A model generated the notes under the pieces. That model had not been told where the DNA came from. It did no database searches and was given only the letters and a program-made list of their open reading frames with translations. Below are positions 20,247 through 29,647 of a DNA stretch of 33,412 nt, one piece after another. A program made the position numbers and the translations under genes. This DNA comes from Promethearchaeota archaeon (GTDB lineage: Archaea > Asgardarchaeota > Sifarchaeia > Borrarchaeales > Borrarchaeaceae), in contig JBHLOP010000001.1 of the NCBI GenBank assembly GCA_048940375.1, positions 1 to 33,412 of the forward strand, written 5' to 3'. Each line of letters opens with the position of its first letter. Positions within the stretch are counted from its first letter, which is position 1.

Positions 20247-20687
20247 AAATAAGACCTGCCTAGTACAACTAAACAAGTTCTATAAGAAGGAATTCTCCCC
20301 TAACTATCTCTTTTCTTATTATAGGTTCCATACGTTGTATTTCGCATTTTTCATATCTGCAAACTTGAGTTATTGACTTTAAGTACAGATCTTCTTTCTA
20401 AATCGATCCTTAATAAGCAGTTTTCCCTGAATTGTCTGCTTATTCATATTTTTATGTATTAATACACCTATATATTCTTTTCGTCATCTCTTCTTTATTT
20501 CGCGGATTTCAAGTTCTCAAGCAGCTAATTATCATGATCGATCATTACAAACAAAAATAATGCGCGCCTTTTACGTAAAAATTTAATGCAATACAGTGGA
20601 GACTCATCCATCAATTAAACAATAGATTTCTTAATTTCCGTCTCGGAGATGGCTCAAATCTGATATTCAATGTGTAATTTCTTCTCG

Positions 20688-20707
20688 ATATGCATGCTGA
20701 TGCATAT
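20688..20707. promoter_or_regulatory. perfect palindrome ATATGCAT-GCTG-ATGCATAT, candidate operator of AOR copy 1
   Basis: 8-bp perfect inverted arms, 16 nt upstream of a TATA-like box. Near-identical element upstream of AOR copy 2. Confidence 0.55.
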
Positions 20708-20722
20708 TTTAATATACTAATG

Positions 20723-20733
20723 TATATATATAA
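20723..20733 (+). promoter_or_regulatory. TATA-like box of AOR copy 1
   Basis: TATATATATAA about 100 nt upstream of the start codon. Position matches the box of copy 2. Confidence 0.4.
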
Positions 20734-20833
20734 GAATACTCATAAATAAAATCTAGACTTTTTCTTCGATACAAAATACCCCCGATTAGGAGGTATGTGA
20801 AAAAATATATTCGAATAGGAGGAAATATGAAAA

Positions 20834-22702
20834 ATGGCAAACGGATACATGGGTAAATGGGTCGATATTGACCTAAACAAGAAGAGTGCTGTAATTAAAG
20901 ATGTTGACATGGATTTTGCCAAAACCTGGGTCGGAGGACGAGGTGTCGGTGTTAAAATTCTTTATGATCGCTTGAAGGCAGGAGCAGACCCACTCTCACC
21001 AGACAATATAATCGTCCTTGCAACGGGTCCAATAACAGGTACAGGTGCTCCGAGTTCTGGACGATTCGTTAGTATTACAAAGAGCCCACTAACAAACACG
21101 GTACACGATTCGCACTGCGGTGGAGACTTCGGTCATGCACTTAAAGCTGCGGGGTTTGATTGGCTCGTCATCACTGGCAAAGCTGATAAACCGACTTGGA
21201 TCTTCTTAGATGATGGAAAAGTGGAGTTTAAAGATGCATCAGCCCTTTGGGGCAAAGATGTTTTCGAAACAGAAAAAATGCTTCTTGAAGAATTAGATCC
21301 GAGTGCTAAAGGTCAGAGCATGGAAAAACTCACGCGCAACTCGATTGGTGTAGCATGCATTGGACCCCCTGGAGAAAATATGAAACGCCTCGCGGCTATA
21401 ATGAATAGATTTTATCGTGCCGTTGGAAGAGGTGGACATGGGGCAGTTATGGGTTCAAAGAACCTAAAGGCTGTAGTGGCAAGAGGAAAACAAAAAGTCT
21501 CCTTATATGATGAGGATGCATACAGGGCAGCTGTGAAAAAGAATGAAGATGAAGCAATGAAAGTAAGCGATGTAACAAAGCCAGGAGGAGGACTTAATAC
21601 GCTTGGTACAGCCCTGCTTGTTAACATTATAAATGGTGCAGGAATTTATCCCACTAGAAACTTCCAGACAGGTGTATTTGAGGGTGCTGAGATTACTTCT
21701 GGAGAATATCTAAAGGAAAAACGATTAATCAAGCCTGTTGGTTGCAAAGGATGTAGAATTATGTGTGGGCGATGGTCTAAAATCGAAAAAGGACCTTTTG
21801 CCGGAACTGAAATGGAAGGACCTGAATATGAGAATATGTGGTCGTGGGGTGCTGATTGTGGCGTAGATGACATTGACTATGTGATGACAGCACATCACTT
21901 GTGTAATTTATACGGGCTCGATGCGATTCAAGCGGGTACGACGACTGCATTCGCTATGGAGTGCTTTGAGAAAGGCATTATCACCACAGAGGATACGGGT
22001 GGTATCGAACTCACATTCGGAAACGCTGATGCTATGATAAAAATCGCCGAACAAATAGGTAAAGTAGAAGGAATTGGCAAAATCCTTGCAGATGGTGAAG
22101 TAGTTGCCGCAAGAAAATGGGGCAAAGGTGCTGATAAGTACGCTATGGTGACAAAAGGACAAAGCATGCCAGCTTATGACCCGAGGGGATCAAAAGGACA
22201 TGGACTTGCATATGCCACATCTAATAGAGGCGCATGCCACATACGTGCTTACATGATCAATCCAGAAATTTTAGGTGCACCTGAACAATTGCCGAGGTTC
22301 GATCCAGGCCAAAAGACGATCGATATGTTAATTGCCTTCCAGAACTTTGTTGCACTTCTAGACTCCAGTCTTCTTTGCCTGTTTGTTTCTTTCGCCATGG
22401 GTAATCAGGAGTTTGCAAACTTACTAAAGCCAGCCACTGGCTGGAACTGGACTGCCGATATGGTCGATGAGGTTGGCGCACGCATTTGGAATCTTGAACG
22501 AATGTTTAATTCACGAGAAGGATTTGGCAGAAAGGACGACACTTTAGCTACCAGAATGCTTGAGGAACCTATGCCTGAAGGACCAGCAAAAGGACATACC
22601 GTGCCAATCGATAAACTGTTGCCGATGTACTACGAGACTCGTGGATACGATAATGAAGGCAAACCGACTGAAGAAACACAGAAAAGATACGGCCTCGCAT
22701 AA
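20834..22702 (+). CDS. aor: tungsten-containing aldehyde:ferredoxin oxidoreductase (AOR family), copy 1
   Basis: Aligns by eye along its length with Pyrococcus-type AOR. Shared elements: N-terminus GxWG..IDL, SGRF..TKSPLT, AAGRGGHGAVMGSKNLKA, GCKGCRIMCGR cluster cysteines, EGPEYE, PAYDPRG..GHGLAYATSNRGACH, LCLF. Confidence 0.95.
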   Translation: MANGYMGKWVDIDLNKKSAVIKDVDMDFAKTWVGGRGVGVKILYDRLKAGADPLSPDNIIVLATGPITGTGAPSSGRFVSITKSPLTNTVHDSHCGGDFGHALKAAGFDWLVITGKADKPTWIFLDDGKVEFKDASALWGKDVFETEKMLLEELDPSAKGQSMEKLTRNSIGVACIGPPGENMKRLAAIMNRFYRAVGRGGHGAVMGSKNLKAVVARGKQKVSLYDEDAYRAAVKKNEDEAMKVSDVTKPGGGLNTLGTALLVNIINGAGIYPTRNFQTGVFEGAEITSGEYLKEKRLIKPVGCKGCRIMCGRWSKIEKGPFAGTEMEGPEYENMWSWGADCGVDDIDYVMTAHHLCNLYGLDAIQAGTTTAFAMECFEKGIITTEDTGGIELTFGNADAMIKIAEQIGKVEGIGKILADGEVVAARKWGKGADKYAMVTKGQSMPAYDPRGSKGHGLAYATSNRGACHIRAYMINPEILGAPEQLPRFDPGQKTIDMLIAFQNFVALLDSSLLCLFVSFAMGNQEFANLLKPATGWNWTADMVDEVGARIWNLERMFNSREGFGRKDDTLATRMLEEPMPEGPAKGHTVPIDKLLPMYYETRGYDNEGKPTEETQKRYGLA

Positions 22703-22714
22703 AAACGAAAAAAT

Positions 22715-22743
22715 CCCTTTCCTTTTTTTTTCCTGTTTTTCTT
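22715..22743 (+). terminator. oligo-T tract after AOR copy 1 (archaeal-type terminator candidate)
   Basis: CCCTTTCCTTTTTTTTTCCTGTTTTTCTT begins 13 nt after the stop codon. Confidence 0.4.
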
Positions 22744-22842
22744 AACATTTCTTAGATTAAAAAAACAAAAAAAGTTTTGAAGAAGTTTAAATGACTCGTA
22801 TCGACTACTTACTTATTAGAATGAATGAGGTGGCATTACCTT

Positions 22843-23223
22843 ATGTTGAGCCAACGACGCTTTAGAGGAACAAATTTTCCAGGCGTGGTATTTTCAAATT
22901 CTGCAGTATGCCTTGAAAGCATGGGGATAACTCTTACAAAAAAAGAAGTGCTGAAAGAAGAAGATATCGACTTTGAAGGTATCATAGAAGGTACTCAGAT
23001 AAGTCCTGCAGGTGAGGTTATTATCCGACTTAAAATCTATGGGTGGCGTGATATGGATCATCATATGGGGTTCTGGCCAACAACCATAACTACTGATCTC
23101 ATGATCGAAACATTTGAACTCTCTAAGAACGAGAAAGAACTCCCTGACACTCTAAATGCGAAAGTTTTACATGATGAATTTAATAATCGTATCAATCTAT
23201 ATGTTTGGCATACTGCTGGCTAA
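22843..23223 (+). CDS. AOR-linked small protein, paralogue 1 (unknown family)
   Basis: Homologous to 25905-26288 and 30036-30407. I prefer the ATG at 22843 (MLSQRRFRGT), about 10 nt after GAGGTG and matching the paralogue N-termini, over 22825. Confidence 0.7.
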   Translation: MLSQRRFRGTNFPGVVFSNSAVCLESMGITLTKKEVLKEEDIDFEGIIEGTQISPAGEVIIRLKIYGWRDMDHHMGFWPTTITTDLMIETFELSKNEKELPDTLNAKVLHDEFNNRINLYVWHTAG

Positions 23224-23688
23224 TCATCTTGTATCTTTATTGTCGTATGGCAACCCAGAAAAAACTTTATACAAAAGTATTATAGCAAATTTGAAGTGAA
23301 CTCATTACTCCATTACAACGAAGAAGATACCTTTCCATAAAGAAGAATGTAGTTTTTGTGATCGATACTTTTTAAAGACCACACAGTTATTGAAATAATT
23401 ATTTAAATTTACTATACTCTACCAAAAAAGAGGAAAAACATCCATTTCCAATTAAAATCTTTGAAATCGGAGTATATTCATATATTTGATTTTAAACCTG
23501 TTTTATTTCCTTAAAAAACCTAAAAAGCGCTTATTTGCAATTTAATTTTTAGAAGTAAGAGTATATTTGTATACTTCAGATAGCTTAATGTATTTTACGT
23601 CAACTCGATTTTTAATGATGTTCTGTCTCTGAAATTTTTTTAATTCGATGGTTAATGAATCTACTCGTTACTAAGTTCATTTTCATCG

Positions 23689-23708
23689 ATATGCATAATG
23701 ATTCATAT
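23689..23708. promoter_or_regulatory. palindrome ATATGCAT-AATG-ATTCATAT, candidate operator of AOR copy 2
   Basis: Same element as 20688-20707 with one arm mismatch. Lies 25 nt upstream of a TATA-like box. Confidence 0.5.
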
Positions 23709-23732
23709 CACTCTGAGCCTTAACGTTAATGC

Positions 23733-23742
23733 TTTTATATAA
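23733..23742 (+). promoter_or_regulatory. TATA-like box of AOR copy 2
   Basis: TTTTATATAA about 90 nt upstream of the start codon. Confidence 0.4.
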
Positions 23743-23826
23743 CCTTTCACCATAAAATAGGTCACACTCCTTTTTTGATACAACTTTGTATCTCAAAACG
23801 TTTTGAGTTAGGAGGAAATATGAAAA

Positions 23827-25668
23827 ATGGCAAGAGGATATATGGGAAAGGAAGCGTGGATTAACCTATCCACAGGGAAAATAGAAATCAAAGACATTGA
23901 TTACGACTTTGCAAAGAAATGGCTTGGCGGAAGAGGTGCCGGAGTTAAGATCCTTTATGACAATTTGAAGCCAGGAACAGACCCACTATCACCAGACAAC
24001 ATCATCGTGTTCGCGACTGGACCATTGACAGGAACAGGCGCTCCCAGTTCTGGACGATTTTGTACTGTTACAAAGAGTCCTTTGACGGGAACAGTCCACG
24101 ATAGCCACTGTGGTGGTGATTTTGGTCACGCCCTTAAAGCAGCTGGATTTGATTGGCTTATCATTACAGGAAAAGCCGCTAAACCAACAATGATTCTGTG
24201 TAATGATGGAAAAATAGAGTTGAAAGATGCATCGAAATACTGGGGTAAGAGTGTTTTTGAGACGGAAAAAGGAATTCTTGCAGAATTAGATCCATCTTCA
24301 GCAGGAAAAGATATGGAAAAACTCGTCAGAAATCCAATTGCTGTCGCTAGCATTGGACCGCCAGGCGAGAATAAGAAAAGACTTGCCGCAATAATGAATA
24401 GATTCTACCGTGCCGCTGGAAGAGGTGGACACGGAGCTGTTATGGGTTCAAAGAATCTAAAAGCTGTAGTGGCAATGGGCAAACAAAAGGTCCCTATGAA
24501 TGATGATGCTGCATACAAGGCTGCGGTTAAAAAGAACGAAGACGAAATAATGCAAACAGGTGACGTAACAAAGATCGGCGGAGGCCTATACACACTTGGT
24601 ACTGCTCTGCTGGTGAATATCATCAATGGTGCTGGAATCTACCCAACACATAACTTCCAAATGGATGTATTTCCTGGCGCTGAAATTACCTCAGGTGAGC
24701 ATCTAAAGGAAAACCGCTTGATCAAGAATGTCGGTTGCAAGGGCTGCAGAATCATGTGCGGACGATGGAGCAAGATAGAAAAAGGACCTTATGCCGGAAC
24801 TGAGTGTGAAGGATTCGAGTACGAGACCACATGGTCTTGGGGCGCGGACTGCGGTTGTGACGATATCGACTATGTTTTGACAGCACATCATATTTGCAAC
24901 GAGTATGGGCTTGATGCAATTCAGGCGGGTACAGCGTGCGCATTCGCGATGGAATGCTATGAAAAAGGAATTATAACAAAAGATGACACAGGCGGAATTG
25001 ACCTCAAATTCGGAAATAATGAGGCCATAGTGAAGATTGCAGAAATGATGGGTAAAGTCGAAGGAATCGGTGCCTTATTAGCCGAAGGTGAAGAGATGTC
25101 AGCTAAAAAATTCGGCAAAGGTGCTGAAAAGTACGCAATGACAGTCAAAGGCCAAAGCATGCCTGCTTATGATGGAAGAGGTGCAAAAGCACACGCACTT
25201 GCATATGCAACCTCCAATAGAGGTGCATGTCACTTACGTGCTTATATGATCAATCCTGAAATCTTAGGTGCACCTGAGGCATTAAATCGATTCGCTCCAG
25301 ACCAGAAGTCAATCGACATGTTGATTGCATTCCAAAACGGTGTTTCAGTGATGGATTCTTCTCTGGTTTGTCAGTTTGTGACCTTCTCCATGTGGATGCA
25401 GGAATTTGCCAACCTATTAAACCCAATAACTGGCTGGAACTTCACTGCTGAAAGTTTGGATGAAATGGGTGCTCGCATCTGGGCTCTTGAGAAGAAATTC
25501 AACATCCGAGAAGGATTTGGCAAGAAGGACGACACCTTACCAACTAGAATACTTGAGGATCCAATACCAGCAGGACCCTCAGCGGGAAACACGGCGAAAG
25601 AAGGAATGGACTTACTAGAGACATACTATAAGACACGCGGATGGGATTCGAACGGTAATCCACCATAA
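23827..25668 (+). CDS. aor: tungsten-containing aldehyde:ferredoxin oxidoreductase (AOR family), copy 2
   Basis: Same motif set as copy 1. Most positions are identical to copy 1 by eye. Confidence 0.95.
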   Translation: MARGYMGKEAWINLSTGKIEIKDIDYDFAKKWLGGRGAGVKILYDNLKPGTDPLSPDNIIVFATGPLTGTGAPSSGRFCTVTKSPLTGTVHDSHCGGDFGHALKAAGFDWLIITGKAAKPTMILCNDGKIELKDASKYWGKSVFETEKGILAELDPSSAGKDMEKLVRNPIAVASIGPPGENKKRLAAIMNRFYRAAGRGGHGAVMGSKNLKAVVAMGKQKVPMNDDAAYKAAVKKNEDEIMQTGDVTKIGGGLYTLGTALLVNIINGAGIYPTHNFQMDVFPGAEITSGEHLKENRLIKNVGCKGCRIMCGRWSKIEKGPYAGTECEGFEYETTWSWGADCGCDDIDYVLTAHHICNEYGLDAIQAGTACAFAMECYEKGIITKDDTGGIDLKFGNNEAIVKIAEMMGKVEGIGALLAEGEEMSAKKFGKGAEKYAMTVKGQSMPAYDGRGAKAHALAYATSNRGACHLRAYMINPEILGAPEALNRFAPDQKSIDMLIAFQNGVSVMDSSLVCQFVTFSMWMQEFANLLNPITGWNFTAESLDEMGARIWALEKKFNIREGFGKKDDTLPTRILEDPIPAGPSAGNTAKEGMDLLETYYKTRGWDSNGNPP

Positions 25669-25702
25669 ATCCAATAAAAAGTATTTAATCGAGTAAAAAA
25701 CT

Positions 25703-25750
25703 CTTTTTTCCCTTTTTTTATTTTTTTCTGGTTTAATTTGTTGTTTTTAT
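25703..25750 (+). terminator. oligo-T tracts after AOR copy 2
   Basis: CTTTTTTCCCTTTTTTTATTTTTTTCTGG... follows the stop codon. Confidence 0.4.
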
Positions 25751-25904
25751 GGGATTTAGTAACTAGTTCTTAAGAGAATTATCTCAAATAAGAGAAAATG
25801 CTTGTTAGATCGAATATGAAAAGATATTTAAAAGAATCTTATATTAAAGTCACAAATTAACGCGATTAATAGCCGACGTTACACATAATTGATAAGGTGA
25901 TATT

Positions 25905-26288
25905 ATGATAATCGAGCGACGCTTTAGGAGTACAAAGGTTCCAATCCAGGTTTGGAACAACACTATCTTGTGTCTTGAGCGGATAGGTGTAACTCTCTCG
26001 AAAAAAGAAATACTGAAATATGAAGGGGATGATTTTGATGGTATCATTCAAGGTACTCGGCCAGGTTCTCAAGGACAGGTGTATGTTCGAGTTAAAATCC
26101 ATGGATGGCGAGACATGAACCATCATGGTGGCTTTTGGCCAACATCATTGACTTCCGATCTTATAACTGAAACATATGAACTCTCTGAGAACAATGAAGA
26201 ACTCCCCGACACTCCAGATGCGAAAGCCCTAAATGAACATTTTAATGACAATATAGGCAAATATTACTTGTGGGGTACTTCAGGTTAG
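25905..26288 (+). CDS. AOR-linked small protein, paralogue 2 (unknown family)
   Basis: AAGGTGA lies 4 nt before the ATG. Homologous to the other two copies. Confidence 0.7.
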   Translation: MIIERRFRSTKVPIQVWNNTILCLERIGVTLSKKEILKYEGDDFDGIIQGTRPGSQGQVYVRVKIHGWRDMNHHGGFWPTSLTSDLITETYELSENNEELPDTPDAKALNEHFNDNIGKYYLWGTSG

Positions 26289-26437
26289 TATTTTTTGCGT
26301 CCTATATATACAAAAACCTCTAAATTTCTTTTTTACTTTATTTCAATCTCTTGCTAGCATAACAATCTAAAAAACGAAAAGAGAATGCGAATTCTAAGAT
26401 CTCTCTAAAGTGTTCAATAACCAGTATCGAGATAATC

Positions 26438-26734
26438 CTATCCTCCACCACTCGGCGGAAAGAGTGCGATGAGATCGTCATCCTTTAGTTCTGTTTTTGG
26501 GCCTTGTAAATTCCTTACATTTGTTCCGTTGACGAACATAATCAAACGATTAGTTAATTGATTTGTTTCGGGATCAATAAATTTTTCTTTTACCTCTTCA
26601 CCATAATGTTGGATGAGTGCGTTGATTAAATCCTCTACAGTACAATGATCTAATGTGAATTGTCTGCTTGCTTCCTTCACGACATTCGTTCTCAATATGC
26701 CATAAAATTTGACAGTAACATCAATCATCTTCAT
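26438..26734 (-). CDS. MoaD/ThiS-like ubiquitin-fold sulfur carrier or small modifier ending in GG
   Basis: 98 aa. C-terminus DDDLIALFPPSGGG is typical of MoaD/SAMP-type beta-grasp proteins. Confidence 0.75.
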   Translation of the reverse strand: MKMIDVTVKFYGILRTNVVKEASRQFTLDHCTVEDLINALIQHYGEEVKEKFIDPETNQLTNRLIMFVNGTNVRNLQGPKTELKDDDLIALFPPSGGG

Positions 26735-26839
26735 TCCCCAATATTATCTTGGTAGATACCTTAACAGATTTTATTATTTTGGCAATAAATTACTTTATTC
26801 AAATGTTCGGTTTATAATTATTTTTCTAGGTTTTAATTC

Positions 26840-28273
26840 TTAATGAGAAAAAACATTAACTTGTGAATTGAAATAATTGGCAAATCGGATAATATCGGTC
26901 TCAGACATGTTTTCAGTCTCATAACCAAGACGAGAACTGAGTGGTATACCTAATGCAAATTTCTTATAGGTCACATAGAAATCAATGAATTGCTGAAATC
27001 TTAAAAGTATACCGAATTTTTGTGGGTCCAAAAAGCGCGGAGAACATGGTTCAAGAAAAATTGGATTACAAGCAATATGTACAATATTGGGATATTCTTC
27101 AACGACCCTTTTTCCAAGCTGTACAGTTTCTCTGAAATGTGTTACAGTTTCACCGGTCAACCCAGTAGTGAAATATAATTCGATGGGAATTAAGTTTTCT
27201 TTGGTGAGATCAAGCCATGAGAATAATTGTGAATCGCTATAAAAGAATCCTTTATTCAATTTTCGAATTGTTTCGCTACCAGATTCTGGAGACAATGTAA
27301 GAGTAGTGTATAAAGGATTGAAAGTTCTTTTAAATTCTTTCAAGAACTTTTTTGACGTGACGTCCCATACCAAAAACTGGGATGAAATGTCTACACCCTC
27401 TTTTCGGATCATATCGAAGAGCTTAAAATAATATTCACGCGTTTTCCTTCCATAAGGGTCAAAATCGCAGTAAGCACAAGAGATTTTCATTTCTTCAAAT
27501 GCGTTCAATGTTTCAATTACTTTTTCTTGTGAACGGAACAGGGGAGTCAAACGTCCTGTAAGGAGGCACTGAGCGTTATGGCCACCTCCGCAATAACTGC
27601 AATTTACTGCACAGCCTCTTCCTACACATAACCATCCCTGTCTCTTCAATTTTTGGCGAAGGTTGTCATTTTCGTGAGTAAGTTGTAGGTATTTGTACCA
27701 ATTTCTAAGCAATGAGAGTCTATGAAAATTAAAAGAGTCAAATTGCTCTTGAGACGGATAATATATCTTTTTACTTTGATTTATGCTATCATTTTCTCGA
27801 TAAAACAAATTAGGAATATTAGATAGAGTTTTAGAGGGAAGAGCGTTCAAAAGATCTAACATCGGGATTTCTGCATCGCCTTTAACAATTGCGTCAACAT
27901 AAGCAAAGTTTTGCAATATTTCTTCAGCAAAACAGGAAGCAGTGAACCCGCCTAATACTATGAAGACGTTTTCATAAACATTTTTCGCCATTTCAGCTAT
28001 CTTTAATGCGTCATAGCTATGAGGATACCAATGCAGATCGATCCCCACAACTGTTGGATTATACTCTTTGAATAGTGCTTCCATCGTGAAAGATGGATTT
28101 AGCAGTTCTTCTAATCCATTGTGAACAATTTCTGTTGCAAATCCATTCCTTTCAATATAATCTGCAATCGCAATTGTCCCCATGGGAAGTATTACGTTAG
28201 TTAGGATATTTTTATGGGAACGCGTTTTGACACGAGTTGTGGGATGTATGAATAAGCAATCGAGTTCCTTCAT
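26840..28273 (-). CDS. B12-binding-domain radical SAM enzyme
   Basis: N-terminal Rossmann-like B12-type domain (VVGIDLHWYP...VLGGFTAS), then CX3CX2C as GCAVNCSYCGG. Its ATG overlaps the upstream TGA (ATGA). Confidence 0.85.
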   Translation of the reverse strand: MKELDCLFIHPTTRVKTRSHKNILTNVILPMGTIAIADYIERNGFATEIVHNGLEELLNPSFTMEALFKEYNPTVVGIDLHWYPHSYDALKIAEMAKNVYENVFIVLGGFTASCFAEEILQNFAYVDAIVKGDAEIPMLDLLNALPSKTLSNIPNLFYRENDSINQSKKIYYPSQEQFDSFNFHRLSLLRNWYKYLQLTHENDNLRQKLKRQGWLCVGRGCAVNCSYCGGGHNAQCLLTGRLTPLFRSQEKVIETLNAFEEMKISCAYCDFDPYGRKTREYYFKLFDMIRKEGVDISSQFLVWDVTSKKFLKEFKRTFNPLYTTLTLSPESGSETIRKLNKGFFYSDSQLFSWLDLTKENLIPIELYFTTGLTGETVTHFRETVQLGKRVVEEYPNIVHIACNPIFLEPCSPRFLDPQKFGILLRFQQFIDFYVTYKKFALGIPLSSRLGYETENMSETDIIRFANYFNSQVNVFSH

Positions 28274-29346
28274 TGTACTTCCTTCTTCAGAATTTGCAGG
28301 GAATGAATTGCTGTAAAGCCAATTTGATTAAGAAGAGAGGTTAGAAATTCATTTTGTTCATCAATATATCCAATCTGACAGTTCGTTAGGCCTTTTTCTC
28401 TCATTAGCAGTAATGTCTTATGAAGAAGTTCCTTAAAGAGATCATCATCTTCAGTTTTAACTCCAAACCTAAAGATTTTTCCTGTCGTGAAAGGATGCAT
28501 TTTTAATAGGTTTGGATAAAGGAATGGCGTTGGTAATGCATTAACTGGTAATTCAAACAGATTAGGTGTCCATTGAAAGAATCCTATTAATTGTTCGTCC
28601 TGAAAACTTGCAATACCCTGATCTACGATATCAATCGCGTTGTGATTTGAAATAAAAGCCAGAGAATTTGTAATCGAATAATTTTGCATAATCATAGAGG
28701 ATGTGGGATCTCTGAGTAATATGGTCAAGTTTCTTCCTGGGAAGTCTTCTAAGATTTTATATTGTTGTTGTTTTGATTTCAAATGCAGATTATTTAGCAA
28801 TGTTTCAATCTCGCATTCATAGCATACCAATCTCCTGTATTCCTTTAAACCTGCCTCCCGAAACTGGGCAAAATCATACGAGAGAAGAGTGTTTTTAAAT
28901 AACTCAGTGACATCATAAGAAAAATGTGTGAGCGATGTTGGATATGCAGGAAGGGATGATGAGGGCAACATCCTCTGAAGTTCTAAATAGAGTGCCATTT
29001 CACCAACTTCACCCGTTTTATTGAAGCAAGTGCTGAGCTCATCAAGTAAAGTATGAACGGTCGAAAAGTCGCTTTTTTCAAGCCAAATTGGATGTGTAAG
29101 ATATATCGCTAAATGTTCGTCTTCATCAATAAAGGGAAAACTAAATGAAAATAACAAATCGGTAATAGTATTCCCTTTCTTATGATAAAGCGTGCATGGC
29201 AAAAAAGCCGAGATATTTTCATTCTTAAAAGTAAGATAATCAATAGGAGTACCCATAGGAAAGTATTTGTAATTTGGGGCAGTGAAGAGAAACTGAACTT
29301 TTCTAAATAACGAGAGAGGTAGTCTTATGTCTAACTGAATTTTCAA
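28270..29346 (-). CDS. hypothetical protein, C-terminal part GNAT-fold-like; translationally coupled to the radical SAM gene
   Basis: The C-terminus IFRFGV..LLHKTLLLMREKGLTNCQIGYIDEQNEFLTSLLNQIGF has the beta4-alpha3-beta5-alpha4 pattern of acyl-CoA N-acyltransferases. TTG start is uncertain (the next ATG is codon 31). Confidence 0.55.
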   Translation of the reverse strand: MKIQLDIRLPLSLFRKVQFLFTAPNYKYFPMGTPIDYLTFKNENISAFLPCTLYHKKGNTITDLLFSFSFPFIDEDEHLAIYLTHPIWLEKSDFSTVHTLLDELSTCFNKTGEVGEMALYLELQRMLPSSSLPAYPTSLTHFSYDVTELFKNTLLSYDFAQFREAGLKEYRRLVCYECEIETLLNNLHLKSKQQQYKILEDFPGRNLTILLRDPTSSMIMQNYSITNSLAFISNHNAIDIVDQGIASFQDEQLIGFFQWTPNLFELPVNALPTPFLYPNLLKMHPFTTGKIFRFGVKTEDDDLFKELLHKTLLLMREKGLTNCQIGYIDEQNEFLTSLLNQIGFTAIHSLQILKKEVQ

Positions 29347-29488
29347 ATCTTGTCATCTGCTTTATAGTTTGAGACATATTTTATAGTGCTTCTTTTTAAA
29401 AAATAGATCGAAAAAAAAGAAACTCTAATGCCGATTGTATGCCCTTGATCAGGACGACCAACTCAAATACGGGTTGAAGAAAAAACAT

Positions 29489-29647
29489 TTACATTTTTTC
29501 GAACATATCTTTATCTGCTCCACATACTGGGCAAACCCAATCCGCGGGGAGTTCCTCAAATGGTGTTCCAGGTGCAGCCCAAGGCTCATCACCAACTTCT
29601 GGGTCATAAATATACCCACAAACGCCACATTGATATTTATCTGCCAA
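29489..29647 (-). CDS. rubredoxin
   Basis: [10 protein letters not shown] and CPVCG knuckles with WxxxPxxFxxLPxxWxCP. I prefer the TTG at 29647 (MADKYQC..., 5 nt after GGTGA). The ORF track extends to GTG 29698. Confidence 0.88.
   Translation of the reverse strand: MADKYQCGVCGYIYDPEVGDEPWAAPGTPFEELPADWVCPVCGADKDMFEKM

Noticed and set aside
20345-20354. Reverse-strand copy of ATGAAAAATG resembling the AOR start architecture, which suggested an inverted AOR 5' remnant
   Set aside because: The downstream translation (MRNTTYGTYNKKRDS*) shows no convincing similarity to the AOR N-terminus. A 10-mer of A/T plus two Gs is expected by chance in this composition.
20534-20545. Perfect 12-bp palindrome ATGATCGATCAT upstream of AOR copy 1
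   Set aside because: Copy 2 has only a loose TGATCGAT at about 23367, in a different relative position. Short AT-rich palindromes are frequent here, so this is not enough to call a site.
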